Shown one piece after another: positions 6,340 to 6,598 of a stretch of DNA of 6,598 nt. Positions within the stretch are counted from its first letter, which is position 1. Each line of letters opens with the position of its first letter. The stretch lies in NCBI GenBank assembly GCA_000388065.2, contig KB932204.1, one strand, 5' to 3'. This DNA is from Fonticula alba ATCC 38817 (taxonomy: Eukaryota > Protista > Nucleariida). A program made the position numbers and the translations under genes. A model generated the notes under the pieces. It had not been told where the DNA came from. It made no database searches and saw nothing but the letters and a program-made list of their open reading frames with translations.

Positions 6340-6598
6340 CTGGATGAGAAGGGGGTGGGAGGGCTGCAGACGGTGTGCCTGGGCGGCTGGAGGGCATGCA
6401 CATGTATGGTGATGTGTGTGTGTGTGTGTGCGCATGCATTCATACTTGCATGTACACACATGCACACACATGTGCACACATGCACACATGCATACACATG
6501 CATCCGTACATGCATACACATGCACACACATGCACACACATTTACACATGTACACATGCACACACATGCACACACATGTGCACACATGCACACATGCA
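6340..6598 (-). other. Intron of the AP endonuclease gene (runs out of the window)
   Basis: C-rich tract plus CAG acceptor on the minus strand; the upstream frame translates as meaningless C/V/H/M repeat. No clear CTRAC near this acceptor, and another CAG lies 24 nt upstream in frame. Confidence 0.75.
6395..6598. repeat. Purine-pyrimidine alternating satellite: (TG)9 at 6413-6430, then degenerate TGCACACA / TGCACACACA units
   Basis: Read directly; 8- and 10-bp units with only a few breaks in R/Y alternation. Confidence 0.93.

Noticed and set aside
5707-6593. Cys/His/Val/Met-rich N-termini of ORFs 5707..6591 and 5970..6593 as metal-binding domains
   Set aside because: They are translations of the intronic CA/TG satellite.

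Overview
GC-rich eukaryotic genomic DNA from a draft assembly (one 130-N gap), with GT-AG introns, CTRAC branch points and frequent poly-C/poly-G tracts. The style suggests a GC-rich protist or early-diverging opisthokont such as Fonticula, but the organism cannot be established from sequence alone. Three intron-containing genes are supported. (1) A 3-exon, ~790-aa uncharacterised protein on + (23-2744) whose disordered tail carries a 7-aa Ser/Asp repeat, an ~87-aa Pro-Glu/Pro-Ala rod and a strong LIR/AIM-like motif (DEDFILV). (2) An RhlG-like classical short-chain dehydrogenase/reductase on + (4236-5511), whose Gly-rich nucleotide-binding motif falls in the gap and which ends in a PTS1-like -SRV. 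(3) The last exon of an ExoIII/APE1-family AP endonuclease on - (5970-6339), convergent with the SDR and preceded by an intron filled with a purine-pyrimidine alternating satellite. Most long ORFs in the track are GC/repeat shadow frames. I see no mobile element, RNA gene or defence system. The best leads are the possible autophagy-adaptor architecture of gene 1, peroxisomal targeting and a loop insertion in the SDR, and a possible unannotated minus-strand spliced transcript in the 1.5-kb spacer.
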